Below are positions 27,885-36,913 of a DNA stretch of 64,000 nt, in pieces. A program made the position numbers and the translations under genes. Where the stretch lies: assembly GCA_031399085.1 (NCBI GenBank), contig JANNOQ010000095.1:13247-77246 (forward strand). The letters are read 5' to 3'. The notes beneath the pieces are model-generated. The model worked only from the letters and a program-made list of their open reading frames with translations. It was not told the DNA's origin and searched no databases. The stretch comes from Rhodomicrobium sp. (GTDB taxonomy: Bacteria > Pseudomonadota > Alphaproteobacteria > Rhizobiales > Rhodomicrobiaceae). Within the stretch, counting starts at the first letter, position 1; every line of letters begins with the position of its first letter.

Positions 27885-28304
27885 TCAATCATCGCCGATG
27901 AAAGCCAACGGCCACCCGCCTTGGCTAGATGGCCCAATCTCCACGCGGCGATAGAAACAGGATTTGCGGCCGGTATGACACGCGGCTTCGCCGCCGCCGA
28001 TCTCCACCCGCAACAGCACGCAGTCCTGATCGCAATCGGTGCGCATCTCGATCACGCGTAGCACATTGCCGCTGGTTTCTCCCTTGCGCCAGAGCGTGCG
28101 GCGGGACCGGCTCCAAAAATGCGCCTCGCCCGTCTCCAAGGTGCGCGTCAGCGCCTCAGCATTCATGAATGCCAGCATCAGCACATCGCCGCTTGCGGCT
28201 TCCGCGACGATTGCCGCCATCAGACCGTTCTCATCGAAGCGGGGCGTGAACGCCGTCCCGTTCTCCAGCAGCTCCGTCGAATGCGCATCTGCGCTCGCAA
28301 TCAT
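27885..28304 (-). CDS. hisI: phosphoribosyl-AMP cyclohydrolase
   Basis: 139 aa with [56 protein letters not shown]. Confidence 0.93.
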   Translation of the reverse strand: MIASADAHSTELLENGTAFTPRFDENGLMAAIVAEAASGDVLMLAFMNAEALTRTLETGEAHFWSRSRRTLWRKGETSGNVLRVIEMRTDCDQDCVLLRVEIGGGEAACHTGRKSCFYRRVEIGPSSQGGWPLAFIGDD

Positions 28305-28320
28305 GATTTGCCGCTGTCCA

Positions 28321-28986
28321 TTAGCCCGCCTGAATGCGCGGCCCTTGAATCATACGCATGAACCGGTCGCGATAATCGGGATTTTCCGCAAACACGCCCG
28401 TGAAGCGCGTGGTGATTGTCGAAGCGTTCGGCTTATGCACGCCGCGCGTCGTCATGCATTGATGCAGCGCGTCAATGAGGATCGCGACGCCGCGCGGCTT
28501 CAGGGCGTTCTCGATGGCCTCGGCAATCTGCGCCGTCATCGTCTCCTGGGTTTGCAGGCGCTTGGCGAAGATGTCGATGACCCGCGCGAGCTTAGAAATG
28601 CCGACCACCCGGTCCTGCGGCAGGTAGGCGACATGCGCCACCCCGAGGATAGGCAGCATGTGGTGCTCGCAGTGCGATTCCAGCCGGATGTCGCGCACCA
28701 TTACCAGGTCGTCATAGCCATGCACATCCTCGAAGGTGCGGGATAAAACCTCAATCGGGTCTTGCTGGTAGCCGGCGAAAAACTCGCTGTAAGACTCGAC
28801 CACACGCCTCGGCGTGTCACGCAGTCCCTCGCGCTCGGGCCGGTCGCCGGCAAAGCGGATCAACGTGCGCACTGCCGCTTCAGCCTCAGCACGCGTTGGA
28901 GGCTTGTCCTGTTCCTCGGGCTTCTTCGGCGCAGTCTTTACTACCCGGCCGTTTCCTGCCTGGCCCTCATTTGAGAATGCACTCAT
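28321..28986 (-). CDS. folE: GTP cyclohydrolase I (FolE)
   Basis: Lies in ORF 28321..29187; the start is probably ATG 28986 (MSAFSNEG..., AAGGA upstream). The active-site motif is [14 protein letters not shown]. Confidence 0.92.
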   Translation of the reverse strand: MSAFSNEGQAGNGRVVKTAPKKPEEQDKPPTRAEAEAAVRTLIRFAGDRPEREGLRDTPRRVVESYSEFFAGYQQDPIEVLSRTFEDVHGYDDLVMVRDIRLESHCEHHMLPILGVAHVAYLPQDRVVGISKLARVIDIFAKRLQTQETMTAQIAEAIENALKPRGVAILIDALHQCMTTRGVHKPNASTITTRFTGVFAENPDYRDRFMRMIQGPRIQAG

Positions 28987-29068
28987 GTGATGGTCCTTTA
29001 TTGATTTGGTCGGCAGCGGCCTTTTGCGTCCATTGCCAGCTACACTATATATAGTGACGAGTCGCCCG

Positions 29069-29140
29069 CCCCGTAGTTCATTCGCTTCCCGCGCTCGGCT
29101 GACGACGTGACCGCAGTGCGAATTTCTCCGCCCAGCGGGG
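29069..29140 (-). promoter_or_regulatory. structured folE 5' leader: 72-nt rod-like hairpin (candidate THF-II / folE-motif riboswitch)
   Basis: The minus strand reads CCCCG-CUGGGCGGAGAA-AUUCGC-A-CUGCG...CGCGG-GAA-GCGAAU-GAACUA-CGGGG. That gives three stacked helices separated by internal loops. A plausible minus-strand promoter lies upstream: -35 TTGAAG (29187-29182), a 17-bp spacer, and -10 TATATC (29164-29159). The hairpin lies about 80-150 nt upstream of the folE ATG. I did not verify a consensus match. Confidence 0.3.
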
Positions 29141-29215
29141 TTGTTCGGTGCGCCCGGTGATATAATCTTACGCCCATGCCGCTTCAAGCAAGGCGGCGAG
29201 CTTGATGGTCAAAGC

Positions 29216-29677
29216 ATGGTCAATCTCGACGATCTTTACAACGGACGCATTCTCGAACTGGCTGCGAACATTCCGCGCACCCAGCGTCTGGCCAACCCCG
29301 ACGCCACCGCCAGGGCGCATTCCAAGCTATGCGGGTCGCGCGTCGCGGTCGATCTGGTGATGGACGGTGATCGGGTGACGGATTACGGCCAGGAGGTGAA
29401 AGCCTGTCTGCTGGGACAAAGCTCCGCGGCGGTTGTGGGCCGCAATATTATTGGCGCCACGGCTAGCGAGCTGCGCGATGTCGGCCGGCAAATGCGTAAG
29501 ATGCTGAAGGACGGCGGCGAGCCCCCCGCCGGAGATTGGGCGGACCTGGCTATGCTTGAGCCGGTGAAAGACTACAAAGCCCGGCACGCTTCCACGCTGT
29601 TGGTGTTCGATGCGGTTGAGGATGCGATAGGCCAGATCGAGTCGCAGCGCGCGCTGCTGCGCCAGCCCGCAGAGTAA
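29216..29677 (+). CDS. iron-sulfur cluster assembly scaffold protein (NifU N-terminal/IscU-like domain)
   Basis: Lies in ORF 29141..29677; the likely start is ATG 29216 (MVNLDDLYNGRILELAANIPR). Conserved Cys positions are present (KLCGSRVAVDL, KACLLGQSSA). Confidence 0.75.
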   Translation: MVNLDDLYNGRILELAANIPRTQRLANPDATARAHSKLCGSRVAVDLVMDGDRVTDYGQEVKACLLGQSSAAVVGRNIIGATASELRDVGRQMRKMLKDGGEPPAGDWADLAMLEPVKDYKARHASTLLVFDAVEDAIGQIESQRALLRQPAE

Positions 29678-29912
29678 ATTTGCGGTGAGGAATTTGAATT
29701 AAAGGCCTAGCCCCCGACGCCCCGTATTTCGGCGCGCGCAGAAATACATTTGCTTGTTACAAGCCCCAAGGATAATTTTTATCCACCGGTCGTCCAACGC
29801 CAGGCTTTGGCAGGTCGCCGGCAATTAAAATGTTGGGGGGGGAGGCTTACCGTTGACCAAAAATCGCGCTTTGCTTCTCACTAGACCAAGCGTCAATCGA
29901 GGAGAAAGTTTT

Positions 29913-30182
29913 ATGCGTCTGTTCAGTAAGGTGGTGGTTTCTGCAGCTGCGCTGGCTTTGGCTGGTGGTCTTTTCATTGCACCCGCCCAGGCCGCTCCGG
30001 CGGTTGGCAAGGTCGCAGTGTCGTCTCAGCTTGACCTGGTTGCCGCAAAGAAGAAGGTCGCTGCCAAAAAGCCTGCGAAGGCCAAGAAGAAGGCGAAGGC
30101 CGGTCCCGGCAGCTGCGGCACGATGATGTATTGGGATAAGAAGACGAAAAAGTGCGCCAACGCGATGTTCAAAAAGGCCTAA
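29913..30182 (+). CDS. small secreted lysine-rich protein (hypothetical)
   Basis: Lies in ORF 29853..30182. ATG 29913 has GGAGAAAG upstream. It has a signal peptide (MRLFSKVVVSAAALALAGGLFIAPAQA), a KKKVAAKKPAKAKKKAKA tract and a CGTMMYWDKKTKKC Cys pair. A strong terminator follows. Confidence 0.65.
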   Translation: MRLFSKVVVSAAALALAGGLFIAPAQAAPAVGKVAVSSQLDLVAAKKKVAAKKPAKAKKKAKAGPGSCGTMMYWDKKTKKCANAMFKKA

Positions 30183-30203
30183 TTGTATTTTCGTATGTTA
30201 CAG

Positions 30204-30237
30204 AGAATGGCCGACTTCTCGTCGGCCATTCTTTTTG
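30204..30237 (+). terminator. rho-independent terminator
   Basis: AGAATGGCCGAC-TTCTC-GTCGGCCATTCT forms a perfect 12-bp stem followed by a T-run (TTTTT). It lies 22 nt after the stop at 30182. Confidence 0.85.
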
Positions 30238-30294
30238 GCGCAATCGCATCGGCCGGGTTCTGCCTTCATCCTGTCTTAGGCGATTGCCCTCACC

Positions 30295-31104
30295 ATGAAA
30301 TTCACTCTCGCAACCTGGAATATCAATTCGGTCAGGCTTCGCATTGGGCTCGTGGAGCGTTTCGTGCGCGCCTTCAGTCCGGATGTGCTGTGCCTTCAGG
30401 AGATCAAATGCGTCGATGAGCTGTTCCCGTATGACGCAGTCCGCGCGCTTGGCTATCCCTATATCCAGGTGAAAGGCCAGCCCGGCTATCACGGCGTTGC
30501 GACATTGTCGCGCTTTCCCCTGCAGGCGAAGGGCACGGAGAACTTCTGCGGCAGCGGCGAGGCGCGGCACATCGCGGTCGCGCTCGACGGCCGCCCGCTC
30601 ATTATTCACAACGTCTATATTCCGGCGGGCGGCGACATCCCCGACCCCGAGCAAAATCCCAAATTCGGACAAAAACTCGCTTATCTGCGGACGCTAACCG
30701 CTTGGTTCGGGGATGGCGGGGCGGCCGCGACCGACAGCCAGCACGTATTGGCGGGCGATTTTAACGTTGCGCCGCTCGAACATGACGTGTGGTCGCATAA
30801 GCAGTTGCTGAAGGTTGTCAGCCACACCCCGGTCGAGGTCGAGCATCTAGCCAGGCTGAAGGCGTCGGCGCGTTGGGTGGATGTGATGCGCAAATATGTG
30901 CCCGAAGATCAAAAGCTTTACACTTGGTGGAGTTATCGCGCACGCGACTGGCGCGCCAGCAATCGCGGCCGCCGCCTCGATCATATTTGGACGACGCCGG
31001 GTCTTGAGACGGCCATGAGGTCGATGCGGGTCGTCGAGGAAGCGCGCGGCTGGGAGCAGCCGTCTGACCATGTGCCGGTGATCGCGGAATTCGAATTGGC
31101 CTAA
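30295..31104 (+). CDS. xth: exodeoxyribonuclease III
   Basis: 269 aa with [18 protein letters not shown] and a C-terminal SDHVPV. Confidence 0.92.
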   Translation: MKFTLATWNINSVRLRIGLVERFVRAFSPDVLCLQEIKCVDELFPYDAVRALGYPYIQVKGQPGYHGVATLSRFPLQAKGTENFCGSGEARHIAVALDGRPLIIHNVYIPAGGDIPDPEQNPKFGQKLAYLRTLTAWFGDGGAAATDSQHVLAGDFNVAPLEHDVWSHKQLLKVVSHTPVEVEHLARLKASARWVDVMRKYVPEDQKLYTWWSYRARDWRASNRGRRLDHIWTTPGLETAMRSMRVVEEARGWEQPSDHVPVIAEFELA

Positions 31105-31742
31105 GGATAAAGCCTCGTCTTTTCCCAAGCGTCGCCCGCGCCGCCGCGCCGAAAGACGATCCGGTCATGCAGCCGGAAGGGCCGGTCATGCCAGAATTCG
31201 ATTTCAACAGGGGTCAGGCGGAAGCCGGACCAATGGGCCGGGCGGGGCACCTCGCGGAGCGCATATTGCGCCGTATGCAGCGCAACGGCCTTCTCCAGCG
31301 CGAACCGGCTTTCAAGCGGGCGCGACTGCTGCGAGGCCCAGGCGCCGATCCGGCTGCCGTATGGACGCGTGCTGAAATAGGCGTCGGCCTCCGCGCCGGT
31401 GACGGATTGGACGCTTCCGCGCACGCGCACCTGCCGCCTGAGGCTCTTCCAATGAAAGCACAGCGCCGCCTTTCCGCCCGCGAGCAATTCCTGGCCCTTG
31501 GCGCTTTCATAATTGGTGTAGAACACAAAGCCGTCCGGGCCGGCATCCTTCAAAAGCACCATTCGGACATTCGGCAAGCCTGAGGCATCCACCGTCGCGA
31601 GCGCCATTGCATTGGGATCATTGAGCTCTTTGCCTTCGGCCTCGCTCAGCCAAGCGGCGAACAAGGCGAAAGGGCTTGCCTCACCCGAGAAGTCGGGCGC
31701 CTGTGAAGCTTTCTCGTAGCCACCGTCCGGTCGGTCGTTCAT
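31101..31742 (-). CDS. pdxH: pyridoxamine 5'-phosphate oxidase
   Basis: Lies in ORF 31101..31772, which begins at a TTG. ATG 31742 (MNDRPDGG) is the more canonical start, so the start is uncertain. Motifs are [24 protein letters not shown] and [13 protein letters not shown]. It overlaps the xth 3' end by 4 nt (convergent). Confidence 0.9.
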   Translation of the reverse strand: MNDRPDGGYEKASQAPDFSGEASPFALFAAWLSEAEGKELNDPNAMALATVDASGLPNVRMVLLKDAGPDGFVFYTNYESAKGQELLAGGKAALCFHWKSLRRQVRVRGSVQSVTGAEADAYFSTRPYGSRIGAWASQQSRPLESRFALEKAVALHTAQYALREVPRPAHWSGFRLTPVEIEFWHDRPFRLHDRIVFRRGGAGDAWEKTRLYP

Positions 31743-31990
31743 AGCTGGCCATCGGTTGTCGGGATGATGCAAGATATGAGCGTCTCATCTTATTGTCTCC
31801 CCATTCCTGCGATTAATGTCCAATTTCCACATCACCTTCTTGGAACCCTGCGATTGCCGCACGCACCTGGGACAAATTCCTGCACGGCTGCGTGCCCGGG
31901 CGCCATGCGGCTGGACGCCACAAGCGTTTTGTGTAGGATGCCCGCGATTGTAACCGGTGGAGGAACTGGGTGACCGAAGGTGGACCGCTG

Positions 31991-32797
31991 ATGAATGGCA
32001 AGCGCGGCTTGATCATGGGCGTCGCGAACAACCGGTCGATCGCCTGGGGCATTGCCAAGAGCGTCGCGGCGCACGGGGCGTCTCTCGCCTTCACTTATCA
32101 GGGCGATGCGATCAAGAAGCGGGTCGAGCCGCTCGCCGCCGAGATCGGCTCGGACATCGTGCTGCCGTGCGACGTCACCGATCGCGCCTCGGTCGATACG
32201 GTTTTCGAAACGCTTGGCGAAAAATGGGGCGGGCTCGATTTCGTCGTCCATGCCATCGCCTATTCCGACAAGGACGAGTTGGACGGGCGCTATGTGGACA
32301 CCAGCGCCGAGAACTTCAGCAAAACGCTGATGATCTCGTGCTACTCCTTCACCGCGATTGCGCAACGTGCCGAAAAGCTGATGCCGCATGGCGGCGCCCT
32401 TCTCACCCTGACCTATTATGGGGCGGAAAAGGTCATGCCGCATTACAACGTCATGGGGGTCGCAAAGGCGGCGCTGGAGGCCAGCGTGCGCTATCTCGCG
32501 GCGGACCTTGGCAAACAAGCCATTCGCGTGAATGCGATTTCGGCCGGTCCGATCAAAACTTTAGCTGCCTCGGGCATCAGCGATTTTCGCTACATATTGA
32601 AATGGAACGAGTATAATTCGCCTCTGCGTCGGGTGGTGTCCATCGAGGATGTCGGCGGCGCGGCATTGTATCTGCTGTCGGATTTGAGCCGCGGGGTGAC
32701 CGGCGAGGTGCATCACGTGGATGCCGGATATCACGTCGTGGGCATGAAGGCCGAGGACGCGCCCGACATTTCCGTGGCGGTCAAGAACGGAGAGTAA
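31991..32797 (+). CDS. fabI: enoyl-[acyl-carrier-protein] reductase (NADH), FabI
   Basis: Lies in ORF 31970..32797. ATG 31991 has GAAGGTGGA upstream. Motifs are GLIMGVANNRSIAWG and the catalytic YNVMGVAKAALE. Confidence 0.93.
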   Translation: MNGKRGLIMGVANNRSIAWGIAKSVAAHGASLAFTYQGDAIKKRVEPLAAEIGSDIVLPCDVTDRASVDTVFETLGEKWGGLDFVVHAIAYSDKDELDGRYVDTSAENFSKTLMISCYSFTAIAQRAEKLMPHGGALLTLTYYGAEKVMPHYNVMGVAKAALEASVRYLAADLGKQAIRVNAISAGPIKTLAASGISDFRYILKWNEYNSPLRRVVSIEDVGGAALYLLSDLSRGVTGEVHHVDAGYHVVGMKAEDAPDISVAVKNGE

Positions 32798-32800
32798 CCT

Positions 32801-33595
32801 ATGCATCCCATGCGGCTAATCACCTACGCGCTTTTGACCAGTGTGGTCACTCTTGTGGCGCTGGGTGGCGTAGGGTTTTATGTCGGTTATTCGGCGGGGC
32901 GCGGCGATTTGAGCGAGCTGAAGGCGCTGATTGCGGCGGGCGGCTCGCCGGAAAATGCGGCGGCTCTGGCGGAGGCGCTGAAGCAGCAGCCCGCCACCCA
33001 GTCTATTGCCCAGGCGCCCGCTCCCGAGGTTAATCTTGCCCCGGTGTTGGACGAAATCCGGTCGATGAGCGCGCAAATCGGCAAGCTTGAGAAGACGGTG
33101 CCTTCCGCTCCGCCGCAGGTGGTGGACCGCGTGGTCGAGAAGGTCAAGGAAGACCCCAAGACCAAGCAGGAACTCGCCTCCGTCAAGCAGCTTCTGGCTG
33201 AGTCGAGCGACCAATATCAGACCTGCAGGCAGACCTTGACCACGCTCGAAGCCAAGTTCGAGGAGGTCAAGAGTTCGGCGAACCAATTGGCGATGATGCA
33301 GCCCGAAACACGCGATAATGCGGCGCCCGCACGGGACAATGGATCGGTCGTGTTGTTCGACAATGTGCTTTTGAAGCGTGACCAGAACAAACTTTACAAT
33401 GACGTCGACGTGGCGCTCAGCTTGCAATCCATTGCGTCCCGCTCGGCGCGCGTGGTTGTGAATCAGCAAACGCTCGGCATCTCATTCGGCGAGCGAAAGA
33501 TCTTTCAGCACCGCGACGTGACCTGCGAGCTTGTCCTGATGGAAACCGATCTGGAGGGCGGCAAAGCCCGGTTCAGCATCGCCTGCAAGCGATAG
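32801..33595 (+). CDS. hypothetical membrane-anchored coiled-coil protein
   Basis: 264 aa with SD GGAGAG upstream and an N-terminal TM helix (ITYALLTSVVTLVALGGVGFYVGY). The middle is coiled-coil-like, with a C-terminal globular part. I recognise no family. Confidence 0.6.
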   Translation: MHPMRLITYALLTSVVTLVALGGVGFYVGYSAGRGDLSELKALIAAGGSPENAAALAEALKQQPATQSIAQAPAPEVNLAPVLDEIRSMSAQIGKLEKTVPSAPPQVVDRVVEKVKEDPKTKQELASVKQLLAESSDQYQTCRQTLTTLEAKFEEVKSSANQLAMMQPETRDNAAPARDNGSVVLFDNVLLKRDQNKLYNDVDVALSLQSIASRSARVVVNQQTLGISFGERKIFQHRDVTCELVLMETDLEGGKARFSIACKR

Positions 33596-33605
33596 TCCCT
33601 CGGCG

Positions 33606-34190
33606 ATGGCCCTGATCTATTTTCTCCGCCACGGCGAGACGGATTGGAACGCTGAACGTCGCATTCAGGGCCATCTCGATGCGCCCCTCAATGATAAGGG
33701 CCGTGGTCAAGCCGCGCGCAATGGGCGAGCGCTGTCGGCGGTGATTGGCGATCCCGGCGAATTCGACTTCGTTTCCAGCCCTTTGGTGCGTGCTAGTGAA
33801 ACCATGGAGATCGTAAGGCGGGAAATGCGCCTCGATCCGCATGGCTACCGGACCGATGCGCGGCTAATGGAGTTCAATCTCGGTGATTGGCAAGGCGAGC
33901 TGTATGACGAGCTGGCCGGAAAATTCCCCGATCTCACGGCGGCCCGCGACCACGATCCATGGAATTTCAAATATCCGGGCGAGGCAAGCGAGAGCTACGC
34001 CATGCTGTCGATGCGCGTGCTCGCCTGGCTCGCCGAGGTCAACCGCGACACGGTGGTCACGGCGCATGGCGGCGTGATGCGCTGCATCCGCCGGCATTTG
34101 CTGGGTCTCGACGAAACCGCAGCCTTTAAACTCGACGCGCCGCAGGACAAGGTGCTGCGGATCGACAATGGCGCGTTGAGCTGGATTTAG
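33606..34190 (+). CDS. histidine phosphatase family protein (phosphoglycerate mutase-like)
   Basis: 194 aa with the RHG motif (FLRHGETDWN) and a distal His (VTAHGGVMR). Confidence 0.88.
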   Translation: MALIYFLRHGETDWNAERRIQGHLDAPLNDKGRGQAARNGRALSAVIGDPGEFDFVSSPLVRASETMEIVRREMRLDPHGYRTDARLMEFNLGDWQGELYDELAGKFPDLTAARDHDPWNFKYPGEASESYAMLSMRVLAWLAEVNRDTVVTAHGGVMRCIRRHLLGLDETAAFKLDAPQDKVLRIDNGALSWI

Positions 34191-34206
34191 AAAATCCGCT
34201 TATTCG

Positions 34207-35106
34207 TTATTTAATTGCAGGGTCGGCGCGAAGGCGATCAACGGCAAAATCGACGAAGGCGCGTACTTTGGCTGAGGCTCGGCGGCCTTCCTGATGCACC
34301 ACATGAATAGGCAAGGGCCTGGGCTCGAACGCCTGCAAAATGATCTGAAGGCGGTGGTTTTCCAGGTGCGGCGCGACCTGATAAGACAGTGAGCGGGCGA
34401 GCGCCCAGCCGGACAATGCGATGTCGATCAGTGCGTCGAGGCTGTTGGTGTACATAAGCGGCTTAATCCGCACGGCAATGCCAGCCCCCGCATCGGCGAA
34501 CCGCCAATCGAGCATCGGCACAACGCTTTCGGCTGAAACCACACGATGCGTGGCTAGGTCATCGGGATGGTGCGGAACGCCATGTGCGGCGAAATAGGAC
34601 GGGGCGCCGAACAGTACGCGGCGCACGCTGCCAACGCGAATAGCTGTGAGCGAGGAGTCCGGCAGTTCGCCGATCCGTATCGCCACATCGAGCCCTTCCT
34701 CGATCATGTTGACAACGCGATCGACAAACACGGTGTTGGCGATGACCTTCGGGTAAAGGTCGATGAAATCGCGCAGCAGCGGCGCGATGTAAATGCGCCC
34801 GAATAAGGTCGAGGCGGTCACGTTCAGCACGCCGCGCGGTGCCGCATGAACGCCCGCCGCCGCTTCCTCCGCCTCCTCGATTTCGTGCAAAACGCGCTGC
34901 GTGTCGACGAGAAAACGCGCGCCGGCCTCGGTCAGGCGCACCGAACGCGTTGTGCGCAGGAAGAGCCGCGTGCCAAGTCTGTCCTCCAAAGCGGAAACGG
35001 CGCGGGTGACGGCCGGGGGTGACAGACGCATGGCCTTGCCCGCCTTCGCGAAGCTGCCGTTTTCCGCAACGGCGGCGAACACCTCCATCGCGTGCAGACG
35101 ATCCAT
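34207..35106 (-). CDS. LysR family transcriptional regulator
   Basis: 299 aa with an N-terminal HTH (MEVFAAVAENGSFAKAGKAMRLSPPAVTRAVSALEDRLG) and a LysR substrate-binding domain. Confidence 0.92.
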   Translation of the reverse strand: MDRLHAMEVFAAVAENGSFAKAGKAMRLSPPAVTRAVSALEDRLGTRLFLRTTRSVRLTEAGARFLVDTQRVLHEIEEAEEAAAGVHAAPRGVLNVTASTLFGRIYIAPLLRDFIDLYPKVIANTVFVDRVVNMIEEGLDVAIRIGELPDSSLTAIRVGSVRRVLFGAPSYFAAHGVPHHPDDLATHRVVSAESVVPMLDWRFADAGAGIAVRIKPLMYTNSLDALIDIALSGWALARSLSYQVAPHLENHRLQIILQAFEPRPLPIHVVHQEGRRASAKVRAFVDFAVDRLRADPAIK

Positions 35107-35110
35107 GATT

Positions 35111-35126
35111 ATTCCTCTGGGCGGAA
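35111..35126. promoter_or_regulatory. candidate LysR box ATTCC-N6-GGAAT
   Basis: attcctctgggcggaat lies immediately upstream of the lysR start (35106), in the divergent region toward the hydrolase gene. It is a T-N11-A-type dyad. Confidence 0.35.
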
Positions 35127-35228
35127 TAGTATCTTCGATTCGACGATAATTCTAGCAGCGCTAGGTCTAATCTATATGTGAGGCGTCCCCAAGGCTGGGA
35201 CTTAATTCTTGGAGATATGGAGACGCCT

Positions 35229-36227
35229 ATGAGTAGAAGTCATTCATTGAAAACCCTTGTCGCGGCGCTCGCAATGAACGCCACCGTCATGCCTTTCACT
35301 CCCGGATTTCTGGTTTCGGCGCGCGCAGCTGACAGCGCAAGCGCGATCAGCGTTAGGCATGCTTCGAGTGTGCGCTACAAAACGCAGATGATCGACGGCG
35401 TCGAGCTGTTTTACCGTGAAGCGGGGCCGAAAGACGCGCCGGCCGTTCTGTTGCTGCATGGGTTCCCCTCATCCAGTCACATGTTCCGCAATCTGATCCC
35501 GGCGCTGGCGGACAAATACCGGATCATCGCGCCGGATCTGCCGGGGTTTGGTTTTACAAAAGTCCCGGCGGCGGCCAACTATGCTTACAATTTTGCGGCT
35601 ATCACGGACACGATCGCCAAATTCACGGACGCGGTTGGCCTGAAAAACTATGCGATCTACGTTTTCGATTACGGCGCGCCGATCGGCTATCGGCTCGCCC
35701 TGCGCAATCCGGATAGGATCACGGCAATTATCTCGCAAAACGGCAATGCCTATGAAGAGGGGCTGAACCCGCAGGGCTGGAGCGCGGTGCAAACCTATTG
35801 GAAGAACCCGACTGCTCAGAATAGAGAGGCCCTTCGTCCGTTCTTCAAACAGGAAACCACCAAATGGCAATATACGCATGGTGTGGGTGACGCGTCTCTC
35901 GTGGCGCCGGAAAGCTACACGCTGGATCAGGTGAATTTGGATTCCCCCGGCAACGCTGAAATCCAGCTCGACCTGTTTGGCGATTATCAATCCAATGTCG
36001 GGCTGTACCCGAAATTTCATGAGTTCTTCCGCAATCGTAGGCCGCCCTTGCTCGCAGTTTGGGGCAAGAACGATCCGTTCTTTCTGCCAGCCGGCGCGGA
36101 GGCTTATAAACGCGATCAGCCAGAGGCGGAAGTGCATCTTCTCGATGCGGGGCACTTCGCATTGGAAAGCCGCGGGCCGGAAATTGCGGCGTTGATGCGG
36201 GACTTCTTGGCTCGCAATGTGAAATAG
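35229..36227 (+). CDS. secreted alpha/beta hydrolase (epoxide hydrolase/haloalkane dehalogenase-like)
   Basis: Lies in ORF 35178..36227. ATG 35229 has GGAGA upstream. A signal-like N-terminus is followed by LLLHGFPSSSHMFRNLIP and VFDYGAP. Confidence 0.82.
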   Translation: MSRSHSLKTLVAALAMNATVMPFTPGFLVSARAADSASAISVRHASSVRYKTQMIDGVELFYREAGPKDAPAVLLLHGFPSSSHMFRNLIPALADKYRIIAPDLPGFGFTKVPAAANYAYNFAAITDTIAKFTDAVGLKNYAIYVFDYGAPIGYRLALRNPDRITAIISQNGNAYEEGLNPQGWSAVQTYWKNPTAQNREALRPFFKQETTKWQYTHGVGDASLVAPESYTLDQVNLDSPGNAEIQLDLFGDYQSNVGLYPKFHEFFRNRRPPLLAVWGKNDPFFLPAGAEAYKRDQPEAEVHLLDAGHFALESRGPEIAALMRDFLARNVK

Positions 36228-36289
36228 CGCCTCAAATGGACGCAGCGGCAGGACCGTGCCGCTCTGGCCGTCCGAATTAAGGAGAACCG

Positions 36290-36913
36290 ATGAGCCACAA
36301 ATTCGCGGAACTCGCCTTTACGCCCGCAGTACGCGCGGTGCAAGAAGGCCTTGGCAGCCGCAAGGCTTACGCAAAGCTCGACGCCGGCGAGGATCACCAT
36401 CATCGTCTGAGTGAGGATGAAGCCGCGTTCATCGCCGCGCGCGACAGTTTTTACATGGCCACAGTCAGCGAGACCGGCTGGCCCTATATCCAGCATCGGG
36501 GCGGTCCGGAGGGCTTTGTAAAGGTGCTTGACGAGAAAACCATCGGTTTTGCCGATTTCCGTGGCAACCGCCAATATGTGAGCGTTGGAAATCTACAGAC
36601 GAATGACCGCGTATCTCTCTTCTTCATGGACTATCCGCAGCAGGCGCGGCTGAAGCTGCTTGGCACGGCGCGGCTGATCGGCGTCGCGGAGGAGCCCGGG
36701 CTGATCGCCAAGCTTGCGATGCCGGATTACCCGGCGAAAATCGAGCGCGGTTTTCTCATCAGCGTTGAGGCATTCGATTGGAATTGCTCGCAACACATCA
36801 CGCCGCGATTTACAGCGGCCGAAGTGTCGCACGCAGTTTTGCCGCTGAAGCAAAGAATCAGAGAGCTTGAGGATCGCATCGCGACGATGCAAAAAGCCCC
36901 GGGCATCAATTGA
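36290..36913 (+). CDS. pyridoxamine 5'-phosphate oxidase family (FMN-binding split-barrel) protein
   Basis: 207 aa with SD AAGGAGA upstream, and FYMATVSETGWPYIQHRGGPEGFVKVLDEKTIGFADFRGNRQYVSVGNL. Confidence 0.82.
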   Translation: MSHKFAELAFTPAVRAVQEGLGSRKAYAKLDAGEDHHHRLSEDEAAFIAARDSFYMATVSETGWPYIQHRGGPEGFVKVLDEKTIGFADFRGNRQYVSVGNLQTNDRVSLFFMDYPQQARLKLLGTARLIGVAEEPGLIAKLAMPDYPAKIERGFLISVEAFDWNCSQHITPRFTAAEVSHAVLPLKQRIRELEDRIATMQKAPGIN

